From Trichinella spiralis (Eukaryota), in assembly GCF_000181795.1 (NCBI RefSeq), contig NW_003526941.1, positions 1,591,469 to 1,655,468 on the forward strand: a stretch of 64,000 bases of DNA. Reading direction: 5' to 3'. How positions within the stretch are numbered: the stretch's first letter is position 1; each line of letters begins with the position of its first letter. The notes under the pieces are model-generated. The model was not told the origin of the DNA. It did no database searches and was given only the letters and a program-made list of their open reading frames with translations. Made by a program: the position numbers and the translations under genes. Shown piece by piece: positions 59,672 to 64,000 of the stretch.

Positions 59672-62600
59672 TCACTTGTACACCTGGCATGTTTCGAGGA
59701 TTTCCAAGAGCACCTCTTCAGTTGATTCAACGTTGTAATTTTGACTTTGCAAATAGCGCAACGCTCGATCCTGGCATTCCAATATGCGACGTTCCAACTT
59801 TTCGCAATGGTCACGGAGAAGATGCGTTTCGGCGTCGAAACGACGATTGTTCGCCTCAAGAGTGCTGATGCGAGTTTCCAGGCGGCTAATTTTGCTTTCC
59901 TGGCTTGTAGTTTTGCTTTCCAAAAAGCGACACCGGTTCTCAGCCTGGGCAACTTTACCCTTGGACAGTTGACAATCAAAACATGAGCCGGAGACGGACA
60001 ACAGTTCCCCGCTGCCGCCCCCGCTGGTCGATGTCGGCTTCGGACTCGCAACGGAACCCACCGAACCCACAGGGCTCAAACCCTGCGACGAACTGGTGGC
60101 CGTTGTGGTCGAAGCAGCAGCGGTAGTTGTAGCTCCACCGCTAGTGTTGCCAGCTGACGTACATCCACCGTCGAACATCCACAATGAATTGTTGTTGTTG
60201 TTGCTGTTGCTGACCGTTTGGCCGCCACCGGCCCCGGCTTCAGAAGGATCCGGGAAAAAACTGGCAAATGGAAAATAGCCACCAGTAGCGATTGGACCTA
60301 GAGGATAGCCGACAGCGGCGGCGGCAGCAGCAGCGGCGAACAAATGTTGAGTGAACGGCTTGTTCACAGCCGAATACATGAAGCCGGCAAATGCGGGAGA
60401 TGGATACATGGTGGGTTGATTGTTGTTCGCAGCCGCGCCAGCATGGCGGCTGTTTTTCGACCCATGCCGATTTGTGTTGTGCAACTTCTTCTGATACAGC
60501 AAGCTGCTCATCGGAGATGCGCTGATCGCGGATCTCAGCAGTGGCAAATCGTGTTGGTCTTGTTCTTCGTTTGTGTCATGCTGTTGTTCCCGGTGCCGTT
60601 GGTTTTCCAGTTGCTGCTTTGCCTGGTGTTGTTGTGGTTGTTGTTCAGAATTGTTCGACGATAATTCTTCACTCACAGCTTCGTCTGTGCTCGTCAGTGG
60701 CAGCTGACCGTTGCCCATATCGACCGATTCTTCAATATCCGACTGGTTCGAGTCCGGCGCCGCAGATTCGGCCCTTTTCATGCGCAAATCGTTGCACACT
60801 TGGGCCAACCGAGAGCCGTCCAAGTCCGATTTGCCGGCTTCATCGCCACAACTGACCCCCAACTCCGGACTCTGCTCAGCGGTGCAGCTGATCTCCATAC
60901 CGTCGTAGCTGAACGATTCAGCCTCGTCCGTGGACTCGCAACCGGAACGAGATGCGCCCATCAACGAATTGCCATTCAAATCAGCCAAACCCAGCTCGTC
61001 GTCTTTGATATCATCCGCGGACGGGCTGTCGTCGAGTCGGGGTAGAAATTTCGACAAGCCAGGAAACAGACCGGTGAGGTCGAGTCCGCTGGGCGGATTC
61101 GCAATGCCACGAACCATGGCACGTTCGCGGAGACGATTAATTAGCTCGTCTCGACTTGGAACCACCGGCGGGAAAATGCCACTCGGCGCGCTGGTGTTCA
61201 AAACGCCAATCGGTGTAGAAGCCATCGGCGGACTTGTGCAACTTTTCGCAATGATCGACACATTGCCAGGACTACCGGTGGCCATCGCTTGCATGTGAAT
61301 ATGCAGGCTCGTCTTGTCTGGAAATGCCCAATTGCAGCATCGGCACATGAACATGCGCGAAATTTGATGACTTTTGTACATATGAGCCCGTAAAGTTTCA
61401 TTACCTACAATTTACGCACGCTCTCTATTAGTAATAAACAGATATTCGAAAGTGAACAATCTGAAGGAGGGGTTTTATGAAGAATAAATTTTCCTAGTTG
61501 AAAATTAAACATGAAAATAATTTTATAAATAAAAAAAATACACAGAAATTGAATTGAGAAATTTTAAAAATAGCAATTAAGCTTTCAATTCCTATTATCA
61601 ATATTGTTGTTGTTGTTGTTGCTGCTAAATGTTCTCTGACGAAGAAGAAGAAGAAGAAGAATAAGCACAAAACTTATTCAGCCCACGTCCTGAACTGACT
61701 GGTTCTTATATGGAATCACTTGTAATGGAACTAGCAGCGACGCTAAATGGAGCGTGGCATTAATAGAACAACGGCCGACGATACGATGAACCTCCTTCCG
61801 CAAAGGCAATCGTTAAACTGTATAAATGATTCATTGTATTTAAATACTGGGTCGTGCTTTTGTCTTTCATTCTCTCTTTCAGCTAACGATGTGCATTTGT
61901 TGTTGTCGTTTTTATATTTTAATATTTGTAAATGTTTATGGAAAAAAAACAAATTTAATCAACAATCATCTGAGGCAGCTTGCACAGTGCAAAATTTCTA
62001 CAACCACACCTTGATTTCGCTTGCTCTCTTTTACGATTAATTTTGACCAATAAAAACCCGACTGAAAAGTTGCTTGCCGCCACTGGCCGCTTTGGCTTGT
62101 ATCAGCTACGCGCTAATTCTGCCCGCATCTCATTTCCACGTCACAATTCTAAAAAGCTGCAATAGAAAAGCTGAATTTCTGAAACTTCAAATCGACAGTG
62201 CATTATTATTGGCTGGGGAAAATTTTGCATAAAAATTTCTTCATTTCATTTCATTTTGTTGTTCACGTTCAAGTGATGCAGCAGCAGCAGCAGCATTGCC
62301 GGCAGCAACGTGGGGCGGATTTTGTTTACCAAATAAGCCAAACATGACGCGTATGGAACGGCATTGAATGTGAACGTGAAGAAGGGGCGAAGAAGAGCTG
62401 TTGAAGACCGGCTGTGTCTTTTGCTGAGCGGTCGGTCAGTCGTGCAGTCGTGCATGCAAGCTGTACAAAATTGGCACGATCTTTATCGGTGCTTCTTGAG
62501 CAAAAAATATTTTTTCATTTCCATCTTTTTGCTTCTTGTTTTCAGATCGAAGCTCGATCACTTAGTCCAATTTCACTTTTGCTAATTAATTAATCAATTA

Positions 62601-63706
62601 GCCAATCATTAATTTCAACTTGATCTTATTCCATTGGTGCATGCATGCATGATAAAGATGAAATGAACAATGAAAAAAAAAGATATACGAAATAAAAATA
62701 AATAGCGGCTTGTCAAAGTGGTAGTTTATTACACTGGTCTCTGGCATACTTCATCGTTCAGGCAAGAAAGAAAGAGCATGAGATAGCCATGACGAAATTG
62801 GGCCGCCTTTCATCGCAACTTTCCGGTTATTACCTACTGTTGACGCTGCTTTTCATAGCCGAAAGCTTGCAACCAACTTTTTCATACTGCACGATGATCA
62901 TCAGTCAAACGTCAGAATTTGACACCCCCGTTTGCTGGTTCTCTTCCACCCCCTGCTGACTCTTTTTCTCTGGACCGCACCCATATAAAGCTGCTATTTA
63001 ACCCCAAAATGGAACTGTTTGTTCTTCACTCACTCTCACTTTCTGCTTCTCATGTTCATTTTTTACAAGGAAAAAAGAAATGTACGAAGTTAGAAAATGA
63101 AAAATATTAATATCGTGCAAATTGATTGAAATTTCAGAAGATTATTTCCTTTCAAATTAACAACAGTTATCGCAGAAGAGAAAATGAACACTAATTATCT
63201 AATATCAGTCGATGTCGATGGATAAATCGAAAAAAAACATTACACTCACTTGTAATCTCTTTGTTGCAAAGTGTGCATGTGTAGCTTTTGAAATGTGCTT
63301 GCATGCGATGTCGACTCAAGGAACTGCTGTGACAAAAGATTTTGTTGCACAGCGAGCAACGAAATGTTCCTGAATAAAATACAGAAAAGCATAAATTTTC
63401 CATTGATAAATAAAATGAGTATTATTATTTTTTCTTCTTCATGCATTTACCTTTGAGGTCGGGGCGTCGTAATTCGCTTCTGTAAGGCATGTCAGAAAGC
63501 GGTGCAGCCGGTGATTGGACTGTGGTGGAACCGGGAAGCAACGGCGATGGCGCTGTTGCACCAGCTAACGGGTAAGAGGAATAGGTGAAAGGTGCCGTTC
63601 TTGTTGGGGCCGCTTCGTGCTCGTCCGAGGCAGAAGTGGCCACGCTTGGTGTTGAGTGTCTGACCGGCAGCAGGTACTGACCAGTGGAAACACGGCAAAC
63701 AACCGG
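59672..63706 (-). CDS. C2H2 zinc-finger transcription factor (3 fingers, PAT-9-like), 5' end outside the window
   Basis: Exons 63706-63451, 63369-63250 and 61404-59672 are in phase: YRSELRRPDLKGTFRCSLCNKIFCHSSSLSRHRMQAH-FKSYTCTLCNKEITSNETLRAHMYKSH-QISRMFMCRCCNWAFPDKTSLHIHM. Low-complexity middle, C-terminal CxxC plus coiled coil. The PAT-9 similarity is from memory, not a search. Confidence 0.88.
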
Positions 63707-64000
63707 CTGTCAAAAGAAAAATACATCAACTAAGAAAGGCAATGCCAAGTTGGTGAGTAAAAAGCTGCGCGAATTCTCTACACCACTGCCAACGGCTATT
63801 GACCAACTACCAATTACTGTTGCTGCTAGTATCTTTTGTCTACCAATTTAAAGATGCTGCTTTTATCACAAAAAAGCTAATCAGCAACATTTTTTACCCG
63901 ACTGGTGAAGAAAATTATTATTACTCTTATTATTATTATTAACCAAATAAAAGAAGCACAAACTCGCACGAAGTTGTAGAAACAAGCTTAATAGTTGCCT

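Noticed and set aside
1..64000. CRISPR arrays, rRNA, prokaryotic operons or defence systems
   Set aside because: No regularly spaced repeat-spacer array or rRNA motifs seen; genes are spliceosomal-intron-containing eukaryotic genes.

Overview
This is an AT-rich, intron-containing eukaryotic window, not prokaryotic. Gene content (innexin, cuticlin-type ZP protein, serpentine-type GPCR, PAT-9-like C2H2 protein), short GT-AG introns and dense microsatellites point to a nematode, plausibly clade I (Trichinella-like); the taxon is an inference. Hand-assembled, phase-checked gene models, left to right: ATG12 (-); a serine palmitoyltransferase small-subunit (ssSPT)-like gene (-) whose stop codon overlaps the first ATG of ATG12 (ATGA); a ZP-domain membrane protein (+); CRELD (-) with two alternative last exons (2xTM vs HDEL); an intronless SUV3 helicase (-); two tandem NPC2/ML genes (-); a class A GPCR (+) with a second upstream exon 1; an innexin (+); a ~30 kb PDE4 locus (-) with several alternative first exons and four perfect CRE palindromes; and a 5'-truncated C2H2 zinc-finger gene (-). 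The most interesting signals are the ssSPT-ATG12 overlapping/dicistronic unit, the CRELD HDEL exon missed by the ORF track, the CRE-marked multi-promoter PDE4, the duplicated GPCR promoter/exon-1 cassette, a probable operon, and a sense-folding structured RNA in an NPC2 intron. I found no rRNA, tRNA, CRISPR array or intact transposon. All exon coordinates were read by eye and need transcript confirmation.
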